Shown here: positions 30,610 through 43,350 of the stretch, piece after piece
Numbering within the stretch: position 1 is the first letter of the stretch
Layout: each line of letters opens with the position of its first letter
From: Flavobacteriales bacterium
GTDB lineage: Bacteria > Bacteroidota > Bacteroidia > Flavobacteriales > UBA7312
Assembly (NCBI GenBank): GCA_037625715.1
Contig: JASJHQ010000043.1
Span: forward strand, 4,604-68,603
Reading direction: 5' to 3'
DNA: 64,000 bases
Notes under the pieces: generated by a model
The model's input: only the letters and a program-made list of their open reading frames with translations
Database searches by the model: none
Told to the model about the DNA's origin: nothing
Translations under genes and position numbers: made by a program

Positions 30610-33525
30610 TTACTTTTTCTCCTCTACCTTCTTTAATGTATCTAACATAATTGGAGAAGCAACAAATAATGAAGAATATGTTCCTACAAGAACCCCAACC
30701 ATTAATGCGAACATGAAGCCTCTAATCACTTCACCTCCAAATAGAAATATCACTAACAATACAAAGAATGTAGTAAGCGATGTATTTATCGTTCTACTCA
30801 AAGTACTATTAAGAGCGTCATTTACTAAAGTGTTCATTTCCTTTTTCTTGAAAGAACCTAAGTGCTCTCTAATTCTATCAAATACTACAACAGTATCATT
30901 TAAAGAATAACCTATAATAGTTAAAATTGCAGCAATGAAGGCTTGGTCAATCTCAAGTGAGAATGGTAAGATACCATAGAACACAGAGAAAATAGACAGA
31001 ACAATAAGAACATCATGGAATACTGCCGCAACAGCACCAAGACTAAACTGCCATTTTCTAAATCTTAATAAGATGTATAAGAAAATTACTAATAGAGAGA
31101 AAATAACAGACCAAAGGGCAGCGTCTTTAATGTCATCGGCAATAGTTGGCCCTACCTTTTGAGAACTCATTACCTCAAAGCTAGAGAACGAAGAAAGTCC
31201 TTCGCTTAACTTCTCATCTACTATTTGATCGGCACTGATATCCGTGCTTTCAATTAAGTATTTAGTTGTAATTTTTACTTGATTAAGATCTCCAAATGTC
31301 TTAACCTCAGGCGACATCTTCAATCCATCCTCATCTACAAATACTTCCGCTAAAGAACTTCTAACATCATCGTTATTTACATTGTCGTCAAAACGAACAA
31401 CAAATGTTCTTCCTCCTTTGAAATCAACTCCATAGTTTAAGCCTTTCGAGAATAAAGAACCTACTCCTAATAAGATAACAACAGAAGAAATTACATAATA
31501 AATTTTTCTGTTTCCGATAAAGTTAATCGATGTGTTTTTAAATGCTCCTTTAGTAACTTTATTATCAAACGATGCAGTTCCTTTTTTATCTAATCTCCAT
31601 ATTAACACAAGTCTAGTAATAAAGATTGCGGAGAACAATGAAGTTAAAATACCGATAACTAAGGTTGTTGCAAACCCCTTAATAGGCCCTGTTCCGAAAG
31701 AATATAAAATTATACCCGTTAGAAGAGTTGTTACGTTTGCATCAATTATAGAGCTATATGCCTGTTTATAACCATCTTCAACAGCTAACTTAATTCCTTT
31801 TCCATTAGCTAACTCTTCACGAATTCTTTCATAAATAAGAACGTTTGCATCAACCGACATACCGATTGTTAAAACAATACCTGCAATACCAGGCAGTGTT
31901 AAAACTGCACCTATAGAAGATAACACTCCAAAGACAAAGAATAAATTGGCTAACAATGCAACATTAGAAACTAAACCGGCAAAGTTGTAATACAATATCA
32001 TGTATATTAAAACAAGTATAAGAGCAAAAACAAAAGATCTGAAACCAGCATCGATTGCTTCTTTTCCTAAAGAAGGACCAACAATAGCCTCTTCAATAAT
32101 TCTTGCTGGAGCAGGTAACTTACCTGATTTCAAAATGTTTGCAAGGTCACTCGCTTCTTCAATAGTGAAATCTCCAGTAATTTGTGATGGTCCTGATATT
32201 TCAGAATTTACGGTTGGATAAGAATAAACTAAGTTATCTAAAACAATAGCAACACTTCTTCCAATATTTTCAGAAGTCAATCTTTTCCATAACCTAGCTC
32301 CTTCAGGATTCATAGTCATCGAAACCTCAGGAGTTCCGTTTGTAGGACTAAAGTCTTGTCTTGCATCTGTAACAACGTCACCCTCTAAAGCGGCCTTACC
32401 ATCTCTAGTAGTAATTTTAAGAGCAATTAGCTGAACAAAATCTCCATTAGCATCGAATGGCTTAACAGACCAAGCAAACTTAATATCTCTTGGTAAAATA
32501 TTCAACACCTCTTCAGAATTAAGATATGTGTTTACCTGAGCAGTATCTTTAGTAGCAGCGAATCCACAAACAGGACCAGGATTTGGTTGTCTTGATTCGT
32601 TTAAGTTTGGATTTAAAACCGCATAGAAAGGATTTTCTTTTGCAAATTGATCAAGTGATAAAGTATCTGACTCTAAAGTTTCATCATTCAGCAAGTCTGT
32701 TATGGATAGCGAGTCGTTAACTACAGACTCTTCAACAACCTCTTCTGTTAATTCGACTTGTGATCTTAAATAAGTGTTAACGTTATCGATTGATTGAATA
32801 ACTTGAGAATATTCGTAGGTCTCCCAGAACTCTAACTGAGCAGTTCCTTGAAGAAGTTTTCTAACTCTTTCCGGATCCTTAACACCAGGAAGTTCTACTA
32901 AAATTCTTCCAGATCCATCTAACCTTTGAATATTAGGCTGTGACACTCCGAAACGGTCAATTCTAGAACGTAATATATTGAATGATCTCTGAATAGCATC
33001 TTCTACTTCTAAACGAATTACACTAACAATTTCTTCGTTAGTAGATGATGTTTTTACTTTATCTTTTAAATCTGAAGTATAAAATATAGCCGCTAATTTT
33101 GCATTTGGATTTACTTCAGAAAAAGAATTGCTAAATAAAGTTACGAAGTCATCCTGACTATTCTTTTGCTTTTCAATAGCCATAGAAATAGCGTTATTGA
33201 AATCTTCGTCCTTACTGAAATTAGACATTGCCTTAATAACATCAACAACAGAAACTTCTAAAGTAACGTTCATTCCACCTTTTAAGTCAAGACCTAAGTT
33301 TAACTCTCTAGACTTACACTCATCGTATGTATAGCTACTAATAAAGCTAAAAACAGTTTGTGAACCAATAGAATCTAAGTAGATTTTCTCTTTCAACTCA
33401 TCCCCTCCACTATACTCAACAGCATCTTTTTCCACACTATTGACTTTCCATGTAAAAGAAAGTTGATACAAACAAACTACCGAAAACAGGATAGCGAACA
33501 ACGAAACAAAGCCTTTATTTTGCAT
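30610..33525 (-). CDS. secDF: Protein translocase SecDF fusion
   Basis: LGLDLKGG, GMSVDANVLIYERIREE, GVDFKGG, GYSLNDTVVVFDRIRE. Confidence 0.98.
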   Translation of the reverse strand: MQNKGFVSLFAILFSVVCLYQLSFTWKVNSVEKDAVEYSGGDELKEKIYLDSIGSQTVFSFISSYTYDECKSRELNLGLDLKGGMNVTLEVSVVDVIKAMSNFSKDEDFNNAISMAIEKQKNSQDDFVTLFSNSFSEVNPNAKLAAIFYTSDLKDKVKTSSTNEEIVSVIRLEVEDAIQRSFNILRSRIDRFGVSQPNIQRLDGSGRILVELPGVKDPERVRKLLQGTAQLEFWETYEYSQVIQSIDNVNTYLRSQVELTEEVVEESVVNDSLSITDLLNDETLESDTLSLDQFAKENPFYAVLNPNLNESRQPNPGPVCGFAATKDTAQVNTYLNSEEVLNILPRDIKFAWSVKPFDANGDFVQLIALKITTRDGKAALEGDVVTDARQDFSPTNGTPEVSMTMNPEGARLWKRLTSENIGRSVAIVLDNLVYSYPTVNSEISGPSQITGDFTIEEASDLANILKSGKLPAPARIIEEAIVGPSLGKEAIDAGFRSFVFALILVLIYMILYYNFAGLVSNVALLANLFFVFGVLSSIGAVLTLPGIAGIVLTIGMSVDANVLIYERIREELANGKGIKLAVEDGYKQAYSSIIDANVTTLLTGIILYSFGTGPIKGFATTLVIGILTSLFSAIFITRLVLIWRLDKKGTASFDNKVTKGAFKNTSINFIGNRKIYYVISSVVILLGVGSLFSKGLNYGVDFKGGRTFVVRFDDNVNNDDVRSSLAEVFVDEDGLKMSPEVKTFGDLNQVKITTKYLIESTDISADQIVDEKLSEGLSSFSSFEVMSSQKVGPTIADDIKDAALWSVIFSLLVIFLYILLRFRKWQFSLGAVAAVFHDVLIVLSIFSVFYGILPFSLEIDQAFIAAILTIIGYSLNDTVVVFDRIREHLGSFKKKEMNTLVNDALNSTLSRTINTSLTTFFVLLVIFLFGGEVIRGFMFALMVGVLVGTYSSLFVASPIMLDTLKKVEEKK

Positions 33526-33679
33526 AATATTATTTAATTTAGAATCGGCAAATATAGAATTTCAAAATTGAAATAGCAATTTAAATATTTAGTACTTCAC
33601 TACTAGTAGCCTTTTTAAGCAAATAATAATCTTATTGAGACAAATCTTGTAAATTAGATTTGTTAAATTTGTTAGAAAT

Positions 33680-35860
33680 ATGAAACAAATTATCCTCCTT
33701 CTTTTATTATTCTCGTTCGACAATACATATAGTCAGTTTTTGAATAGAGCAAATATAACTTTCTCTGAGAACGGATCTATCATAGAAAACCCACTTACTG
33801 GAGGACTAAATTCATGTCAGTTTTCTGAAATTGACATCAACATTGACGGAATAAAAGACCTATTTGTTTTTGATAGAACAGGAGATAGAATACTTCCATT
33901 TATATGTTCAATGGAAGGTGAAGTTGCCAATTACGACTACGCACCACAATACATTAAAAACTTTCCTGAACTTAATAGCTGGGCTTTACTAATAGACTAC
34001 AACTGCGATAACAAAGAAGACATATTTACATACAATCAGTCGTTTGTAAGAGTGTATTTAAATACTTCGAACAACGACTCTTTAAGTTTTGAAATAAGTA
34101 CGGAAGCTATTGTTTCCGATTATACTTCTATTATAAGTCCAATATTTATTTCTTTTGTAGATATCCCTTCAATAATAGATGTAGATAATGACGGAGATTT
34201 AGACATATTAACATTCCAACAAAGTGGGGGTAATATAGAATATCATCAAAACCAAAGCATGGAAATGTATGGAAATTGTGATAGCCTTGCGTTTGAACTA
34301 AATACCGATTGCTGGGGAAATTTTTTCGAAGGCTTAAATAGCTATGATCTAAATAACTGTAACGATCAGACTAGAGCACCATCCATTGAAAGCAGAACAA
34401 GCTCACATAGCGGATCTTCTTTACTAGCTTTAGACATAGACGGAGACAACGACAAAGACATACTTTTAGGCGACGTATCATTTAACAACATTAATCTATT
34501 AACTAACGGAGGAACTGATCAAGAAGCAGACATGATTGAAGCCAATCAGCAATTTCCTATTGGCTTAGGAACCAATATCAGCGGAGAAATAAATTCATTT
34601 CCAGCCATGTACTATATAGACATCAATAAAGACTCTAAAAGAGACCTTATAGTATCCCCAAACATTGCTAACAATTCAGAAAATTTTGAAAGCATAAAAT
34701 TATTTACAAATACAGGCGAAGACAATGCTCCTTTATTCGAATTCAGCCGAAATAATTTCTTGCAAGACAACACAATTGACTTAGGATCAGGAGCATACCC
34801 TTGTGTAATTGATTACAATAATGACGGACTGAAAGACTTGCTAGTAGGAAACTTTGGCTACTTCGACAATGGAAATCAACTAAGTCAGTTAGCGCTATTT
34901 AAAAATGTTGGCACAAACCAGCAAGCAGCTTTCGAATTAATTGATAGAGATTTTGCAGGCATTTCTGACATTGCACTAAATATATCTCTAAATCTAACAG
35001 TTAGCGGACTTATCCCAACTATAGGAGACTTAGACGGCGACGGAGACAACGACCTAATTGTAGGAGATGCCAACGGAAAATTGCACTATTTTAAAAATAC
35101 TGCAGCAAGCGGAAATGATGCGCAATTTGAACTAGAAACAGTAAACTACTTTGATATTGATGTTGGCCAATTTGGAGCTCCATTTTTATTCGACATAAAC
35201 CAAGACAACCTTCTTGATTTGGTAATTGGAAAACTAAATGGGACAATTTCTGTAGCTCTAAACACCGGAAACAGCACCAGCCCTATTTTCAATACTTTAG
35301 AAGATAACCTTGGCAACATTAATGTTTCTAATGACGAAGGAACCTATGGCTTTAGCAAACCATTTGTTTACAAAGAAAATGACGACATCAAAATGTTAGT
35401 TGCGAGCGAAAGTGGCTACATATATCAATATGAAAATATTAATGATCTAAATGAATCGTTCACATTAACCACAACAAACTTTCAAAACATTAAAGACGGA
35501 ATAAAAACAAGTGTTGTGTTTGAGGATTTCAATGGAGACAATAAAAGAGATTTATTTTTAGGAAACGAAAGCGGTGGCTTGGTATATTTTGAAAACAATG
35601 ACGTATCAAACGGTTCATTTATTATCTCCTCAGACAAAATAGAATTTGAATTTTTTCCTAATCCAAACCAAGGATTACTTTATATCAAAACAAATAAAGA
35701 TACTGAAATAGAAATTTTCAGCCTAATTGGTCAAAAAGTATATGAAAAGAAAGTGACAAACTCTAGATCGATAGATATTTCATTGCTTGCAAAAGGCACC
35801 TATTTCTTAAGAATTATTCAGAATAAAGACGCTCGAACTGAAAAAATTATTATTCAATAA
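33680..35860 (+). CDS. FG-GAP/VCBS-repeat beta-propeller protein with T9SS type A CTD
   Basis: Signal peptide, many DxDxDGDxD Ca-binding motifs, C-terminal FPNP...G.YFLRI...KIIIQ. Confidence 0.87.
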   Translation: MKQIILLLLLFSFDNTYSQFLNRANITFSENGSIIENPLTGGLNSCQFSEIDINIDGIKDLFVFDRTGDRILPFICSMEGEVANYDYAPQYIKNFPELNSWALLIDYNCDNKEDIFTYNQSFVRVYLNTSNNDSLSFEISTEAIVSDYTSIISPIFISFVDIPSIIDVDNDGDLDILTFQQSGGNIEYHQNQSMEMYGNCDSLAFELNTDCWGNFFEGLNSYDLNNCNDQTRAPSIESRTSSHSGSSLLALDIDGDNDKDILLGDVSFNNINLLTNGGTDQEADMIEANQQFPIGLGTNISGEINSFPAMYYIDINKDSKRDLIVSPNIANNSENFESIKLFTNTGEDNAPLFEFSRNNFLQDNTIDLGSGAYPCVIDYNNDGLKDLLVGNFGYFDNGNQLSQLALFKNVGTNQQAAFELIDRDFAGISDIALNISLNLTVSGLIPTIGDLDGDGDNDLIVGDANGKLHYFKNTAASGNDAQFELETVNYFDIDVGQFGAPFLFDINQDNLLDLVIGKLNGTISVALNTGNSTSPIFNTLEDNLGNINVSNDEGTYGFSKPFVYKENDDIKMLVASESGYIYQYENINDLNESFTLTTTNFQNIKDGIKTSVVFEDFNGDNKRDLFLGNESGGLVYFENNDVSNGSFIISSDKIEFEFFPNPNQGLLYIKTNKDTEIEIFSLIGQKVYEKKVTNSRSIDISLLAKGTYFLRIIQNKDARTEKIIIQ

Positions 35861-35890
35861 AAAAGGATAGCAAATTTGCTACCCTTTTTT
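35859..35890. terminator. Bidirectional terminator
   Basis: AAAAAAGGATAGCA-AATT-TGCTACCCTTTTTT between convergent genes. Confidence 0.85.
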
Positions 35891-35911
35891 ATTGAATGTA
35901 TCTTATAATTT

Positions 35912-36850
35912 CTAAATCAATCCCATTTCTTTTAAAGAAAGGTTAGTAGCTTTTACGCCTTCCGCAGAAGAATGTAATTGATTTTTCTCATCTTCAGTCA
36001 TCTCAATTTCAACAATTCTTTCTATTCCGTTTTTACCAAGAATAACCGGAACACCAATTGTCAAGTCACTCAAACCATATTCCCCATCTAACATTACAGA
36101 ACAAGGGAACATTTTGTGTTGGTCGCAAGCAATTGACTGAACTAAAGCAGAAACAGCAGCTCCAGGAGCATACCAAGCAGAAGTACCTAACATACCGGTT
36201 AATGTAGCCCCACCAACTTTGGTGTCTTGCTTAACCTGATCTAATCTTTCCTCAGAAAGAAACTCAGAAACACGCACGCTATTTCTAGACGCTAAACTTA
36301 TTAAAGGAACCATTCCTTTATCGCTATGACCACCAATAACCATTGCCGAAATATCAGAAGAAGGACAGTCTAAAGCTTCGCTTAATCTGTATTTAAATCT
36401 TGCACTATCAAGCGCTCCACCCATTCCAATGATTCTATTTTTAGCTAGGCCAGTAACTTTATGAGCTAAATAAGTCATAGTATCCATTGGATTACTAACA
36501 ATAATTAAAATTACGTCTGGAGAATGCTTAATTAAATTCTCAGAAACAGTTTTAACAATACCAGCATTTATTCCGATTAATTCTTCTCTAGTCATTCCTG
36601 GTTTTCTAGGGATTCCACTAGTAATGACTGCAATTTGACTGCCAGCAGTTTTAGAATAATCGTTCGTACTTCCTGTGATTTTAGTATCAAAACCATTTAA
36701 AGACGACGTTTGCATTAAGTCCATTGCTTTTCCTTCAGCAAAATTTTCTTTAATATCAACCAGAACTACTTCAGAAGCAAAATTCTTAATTGCTATATAT
36801 TCAGCACAACTAGCACCTACTGCACCTGCTCCAACAACGGTAATTTTCAT
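35912..36850 (-). CDS. mdh: Malate dehydrogenase (LDH-like)
   Basis: VGAGAVG, PRKPGMTREEL, VSNPMD, LDSAR, GGH. Confidence 0.96.
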   Translation of the reverse strand: MKITVVGAGAVGASCAEYIAIKNFASEVVLVDIKENFAEGKAMDLMQTSSLNGFDTKITGSTNDYSKTAGSQIAVITSGIPRKPGMTREELIGINAGIVKTVSENLIKHSPDVILIIVSNPMDTMTYLAHKVTGLAKNRIIGMGGALDSARFKYRLSEALDCPSSDISAMVIGGHSDKGMVPLISLASRNSVRVSEFLSEERLDQVKQDTKVGGATLTGMLGTSAWYAPGAAVSALVQSIACDQHKMFPCSVMLDGEYGLSDLTIGVPVILGKNGIERIVEIEMTEDEKNQLHSSAEGVKATNLSLKEMGLI

Positions 36851-37077
36851 AATAATAAGTTTATTTTTTTAGTATGGGCAAATTTAATAATTCCAAAAGA
36901 ATTTTTAATGAAATAAAACTTAAAATTATCGTAATAAAGTCATTTTTAAAAGAGCAAAAAAAATCGTATATTTAACCTCCTTTAATTTTAAACAATTTGA
37001 ACCTGTAAGTTTTATACTCTATCAATTTGTATTTTCAATTAAAATGAATGTAAATTTGAGAAAATTATATTAAATAT

Positions 37078-39543
37078 ATGAAGCATCCTTTAACCTTACT
37101 CTTCATTCTTTCTGCATACTATTGTTTTGCCCAAATAGATGCCGGAAGTGACATCACAATTTGTGAGATTGTTCCCGTAGACCTATCTGCAACATACACG
37201 CCGAACTCAGTAGGAACAAGCGACTATACCATAGAAACAATCCCTATTAACTGCGACCCTTACGAAGGAACGAACATACCTGCACTAACAGACGATTCTT
37301 ATTCTGGAGTTGTCGATATAGGTTTCAATTTCTGCTATTATGGAAATGTTTATGATCAATTAATTATTTCGACCAATAATTACCTTTGCTTTGATATAAC
37401 AGATGCCAATGGCTACTCTCCTTGGAATACAGTTCCAATCCCAAGCGGAGGGACTGTTTATAATAGTATACTAGGCCCTTGGATGGATTTAAATCCAAAC
37501 AACGGCGGATCTTTAGAATATCAAGTTCTTGGTGTTGCACCATTCAGAAGACTAGTTGTTTCCTTTGAAAACTTCGGTTACTTTTCTTGTGGAACAATGG
37601 TGTTTAACGGTCAAATTAAAATATTCGAAACTACTAACTCAATCGAAATTCATGTTGAAGATATGCCGTCTTGTACCAACTGGAACAATGGGGAGTCTGT
37701 ACTGGGAATAGTTAATGAGGATGAGTCTCAATTTGTTATGGCTCCAGGGTGGAATAATACTCAACTTACTGGAAACGATGCAGCATTTAGATTTGTTCCT
37801 TCAGGAATAACAGGAACAAACGTAGAATGGTTCGATGATCTAGGTGTCTCTCAAGGTACTGGAGTAGATGTAACGGTTAATCCAACCACAACTACAACCT
37901 ACACAGTGGTAGCTCAAGAATGTCCGGATAATGTAACATCACAAGTAACAGTAAACGTTTCTTCTGCTATCGCTATCAATCCGGTTATTGACGACAATGT
38001 TTGTCCTGGAGAAAACGTAGGAAGTATAGACATCTCACCATCGGGCGGAACAAACCCTTTATCCATTCAATGGAATTCAAGCAATGGATTTTCTTCAAAT
38101 AACGAAGATATTTTCAACCTTGGAGAAGGCGATTATAATCTTACTATTACAGATGGTATTGGATGTGAAACTTTTGGCGGACCTTACACTATATCTCCTC
38201 CTCCACTACCAATAGAAGTTAGTCAGCAGGTAACACCAGTTAGTTGCTTCGGATTTAGCGATGGACAAATAAACATTTCTACCTCAGGTGGAAATGCGCC
38301 GTACAATTATGCTTGGTCAGGAGATGGACCTGTTTCTGGCGACGGTACAAATATGGTTTACGACTTATCAACCGGAAATTACTCTGTTAATATAACAGAT
38401 GACAATGGATGTTTGTTCAACACCTCTTTTTACGTTCCAGAAAACTCTGCATTATCCATTAACACAACAGAATCTAACTACAACGGATTTAACAATAGAT
38501 GCTATGGAAATGATGACGCATGGGTATCTACAAGTGTAACGGGAGGACTACTTCCTTACAACTATGTATGGACAGATCAAAACAACAATGTTGTCTCTAA
38601 CAATCCTGACTTATACGATGCTAAAGCAGGAACTTACAGACTTACGGTTACTGACATTGAAAACTGTCCTAACGTTAAAGATTTTGATTTAACTCAGCCA
38701 GATTCTATTTCTTTAGATGTATCAAACTATAGCCACAAAAGCTGCACCTACAACAATGACGGAACGCTAGAAATAGCTAGCTGGGGTGGACCTGATTCTC
38801 CTCCGTTTTCAGAAAACTATAATAACATAGTATATAAGTGGACTGGACCGAATTCATTTTACTCCACACAAGAAGATATTTCTAATTTATCAGAAGGAGT
38901 TTACTCTGTAATTGCAGAAGACATTAACAATTGTACAAACGAAATTTCTTTTGAAATTACTCAGAACGAAGAAATAGTTTCTGAATACAGAACAATTGAT
39001 GACACAGTTACTATCAACTACCCAATAATTAATCTTTTCGACAACTCTCAAGGAATGGTAATGGACTGGTCTTGGGAAATAAGTAATGGATACTTTTCTA
39101 ACTCACAAGATATTTTAAATCTGGATTTAACAACTAACCTTACTGATCTTGGTCAAGTAAAGTATGATGTATCACTTATTGTAACAGATATTTACGGATG
39201 TTCTGACACAACAATGGGGATAATTTCAATAAAAGACGAACACACCTTATATGTACCTAACGCATTCACCCCTGACATGGATGGTTGGAATGATGTATTC
39301 GAAGTTGACTTTCATGCAATCAATGATCAATCATTTAAATTAGACATTTTCGATCGCTTTGGTGCTGTTATCTTCTCAACTACTGATCCTGAATTCAAAT
39401 GGGATGGCAAGCATCAAAACACTGGCAACGAACTAATTACTGGGGCTTATACCTATAACATTTCTTATAGTGACTTCGAGGGAAGAAATTATGACTTTAC
39501 CAATTGCAAGAACTGCATGGGTACGGTTTCAATAATTAGATAG
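37078..39543 (+). CDS. SprB-repeat surface protein with T9SS type B (gliding-associated) CTD
   Basis: Repeats SC.G..DG.I....GG..PY.Y.W...L..G.Y.V.ITD.NGC; C-terminal YVPNAFTPD.DG.ND.F...IIR. Confidence 0.88.
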   Translation: MKHPLTLLFILSAYYCFAQIDAGSDITICEIVPVDLSATYTPNSVGTSDYTIETIPINCDPYEGTNIPALTDDSYSGVVDIGFNFCYYGNVYDQLIISTNNYLCFDITDANGYSPWNTVPIPSGGTVYNSILGPWMDLNPNNGGSLEYQVLGVAPFRRLVVSFENFGYFSCGTMVFNGQIKIFETTNSIEIHVEDMPSCTNWNNGESVLGIVNEDESQFVMAPGWNNTQLTGNDAAFRFVPSGITGTNVEWFDDLGVSQGTGVDVTVNPTTTTTYTVVAQECPDNVTSQVTVNVSSAIAINPVIDDNVCPGENVGSIDISPSGGTNPLSIQWNSSNGFSSNNEDIFNLGEGDYNLTITDGIGCETFGGPYTISPPPLPIEVSQQVTPVSCFGFSDGQINISTSGGNAPYNYAWSGDGPVSGDGTNMVYDLSTGNYSVNITDDNGCLFNTSFYVPENSALSINTTESNYNGFNNRCYGNDDAWVSTSVTGGLLPYNYVWTDQNNNVVSNNPDLYDAKAGTYRLTVTDIENCPNVKDFDLTQPDSISLDVSNYSHKSCTYNNDGTLEIASWGGPDSPPFSENYNNIVYKWTGPNSFYSTQEDISNLSEGVYSVIAEDINNCTNEISFEITQNEEIVSEYRTIDDTVTINYPIINLFDNSQGMVMDWSWEISNGYFSNSQDILNLDLTTNLTDLGQVKYDVSLIVTDIYGCSDTTMGIISIKDEHTLYVPNAFTPDMDGWNDVFEVDFHAINDQSFKLDIFDRFGAVIFSTTDPEFKWDGKHQNTGNELITGAYTYNISYSDFEGRNYDFTNCKNCMGTVSIIR

Positions 39544-39564
39544 AACATATAAAAGAATAATAAT

Positions 39565-39600
39565 AAAAAAGGCCTTTCCATTTCTGGAAAGGCCTTTTTT
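39565..39600. terminator. Bidirectional terminator
   Basis: Perfect stem AAAAAAGGCCTTTCCA-TTTC-TGGAAAGGCCTTTTTT. Confidence 0.92.
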
Positions 39601-39621
39601 ATTTAGTAATTGAAAGTTGGG

Positions 39622-41571
<1,950 letters not shown>

Positions 41572-41679
41572 TTATTTAAGTACTGAATACTAGATTACAA
41601 CAAATATAAAAAAAGAGACTCACAAGAGGCTTTTAACACCAGCTAAATAACAGCTACTTATTAACAAAAAGTGAATAAA

Positions 41680-43350
41680 TTAGTAACGATAAGTTACACC
41701 AATCTGAATTTGAGGACTTAAGGCGGAATAGTTTTGCCAAACCTGATAACCACCAACTAAATTATTAGCTAGCAAATAAGATGAAAAGACATTGTTTATC
41801 TTGTATTCAAGAGATAAATTAACATCAACAATATCTCCTAACTCTTGGCTTTGAACCACATTATCACCATTCAAAGAAACGCTTCTATCTATTTCAGCAA
41901 AAACTTCCGCACTTGCAATAATGGCATCTGCTATGTTGTAATATCCTTTAAGATTAACTTTAAAAGTAGGTTGGTAGTTATAACTACTCAATGTGTCCAA
42001 ATCGAAAGACTGGTAGTTTAAAGACAAGCTAACTCCTTTTGAGGAAGAAATCTTATAGTCTATCATAGAGAATAAATTTAAGTGAGTTCCATTATCGTAA
42101 ATTACTTTAAATTTATTCTGAAAAGTAGAACTTAAATCAAGCTCATAAAAAGGAATATAATCGACTTTAGCATAAGACAACTTAGAACTAAAAAAAAGCT
42201 TGGAAGAAAGCTTAGAATCCACTCCTACAAAAGCATTGTACTTTACATCACTATTATTCATCTCTAATGACTTATTGCCATTGTCCAGGGCATTTAAAAC
42301 AAAAGGATTGTCTTTACTCAAATTCCAATAAGAATTGTGCTCAATACCACCATCAACACCCAAGTAGGTTCTGACAATGTCGTTAACGAATGTATAATCC
42401 AAACGGACATTAGGATAAACAGCTGATGAAGAAATAGAGGAGTCGGGATTATTAATCATCACATAATTAATACCATAAACACCTTCAATATTTTCAAACT
42501 GTTTTTTAATAGCAGGAACAACCGAAGTAATTACCTCTCTAGTCTTGTCTTCATAAAAGGCTACTTTGTCGTTTAGATTATTAAAATCATAATCTATATT
42601 TAGAGCCACAGAATAATCAATGTTATTATACGAACTTTCAATTTGCGAACGCAAACCAACACTAGATTCTGTTTGCTCATTTACATCTGAAACAAAAAGT
42701 TTAGCAAAGTAATTAAAATGCTGTCTTTGATTACTTTCTATGCTGACATCAAAATTGGAATAACCCCAGTACTGATTCAACAAGTCCTTATCAACAATAG
42801 ATGTTGTTCCATAAGCCAACAAGTTATTTCCTTCCCTACTAAGACTTGCCTTTAAGCTTCCGAAATCGAACACTTTTTTAGCAAATAAGTTAAAATTAGT
42901 TTGCCTTGCATCCGCAGCAACTTTATCGTTTAAAAACTCATTTTTAGCATTCATATACGACTGCCAAAAACCCAATCTTACTCCATAATTAAATGACTTA
43001 TTTCTAGTCGAGTTATAGAAAAAATCTGCATTGGGAAGGGCATTATTTCCCAAACCTAATTTTAGATATGTAGAATACAATTTTGACAAAGGCTCACCCT
43101 TAATTTTGGCAGGACTAATAGTATCTACACTATAAGAGGTAAGGTATTGCTTAGAATTTAAGAAATACTGCACTTCAGTTTCCACATTAAAAGTATCCTG
43201 ACTTTGAGGTAAATCCATTATTTTATTTGCTATCGGAACAGAAGGGATAAAAGACTCTGTTACTTGAATTTCTTGAACACCAAGATCAGATTCTTGAGCA
43301 AAAGAAAAATAGCTTATAAAAATTAGTAAAACAAAAATCTTATTCTTCAT
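41680..43350 (-). CDS. Outer-membrane beta-barrel protein (TonB-receptor-like, no clear plug)
   Basis: Signal peptide, alternating amphipathic strands, terminal aromatic residue (GVTYRY); coupled to the TPR gene. Confidence 0.7.
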   Translation of the reverse strand: MKNKIFVLLIFISYFSFAQESDLGVQEIQVTESFIPSVPIANKIMDLPQSQDTFNVETEVQYFLNSKQYLTSYSVDTISPAKIKGEPLSKLYSTYLKLGLGNNALPNADFFYNSTRNKSFNYGVRLGFWQSYMNAKNEFLNDKVAADARQTNFNLFAKKVFDFGSLKASLSREGNNLLAYGTTSIVDKDLLNQYWGYSNFDVSIESNQRQHFNYFAKLFVSDVNEQTESSVGLRSQIESSYNNIDYSVALNIDYDFNNLNDKVAFYEDKTREVITSVVPAIKKQFENIEGVYGINYVMINNPDSSISSSAVYPNVRLDYTFVNDIVRTYLGVDGGIEHNSYWNLSKDNPFVLNALDNGNKSLEMNNSDVKYNAFVGVDSKLSSKLFFSSKLSYAKVDYIPFYELDLSSTFQNKFKVIYDNGTHLNLFSMIDYKISSSKGVSLSLNYQSFDLDTLSSYNYQPTFKVNLKGYYNIADAIIASAEVFAEIDRSVSLNGDNVVQSQELGDIVDVNLSLEYKINNVFSSYLLANNLVGGYQVWQNYSALSPQIQIGVTYRY

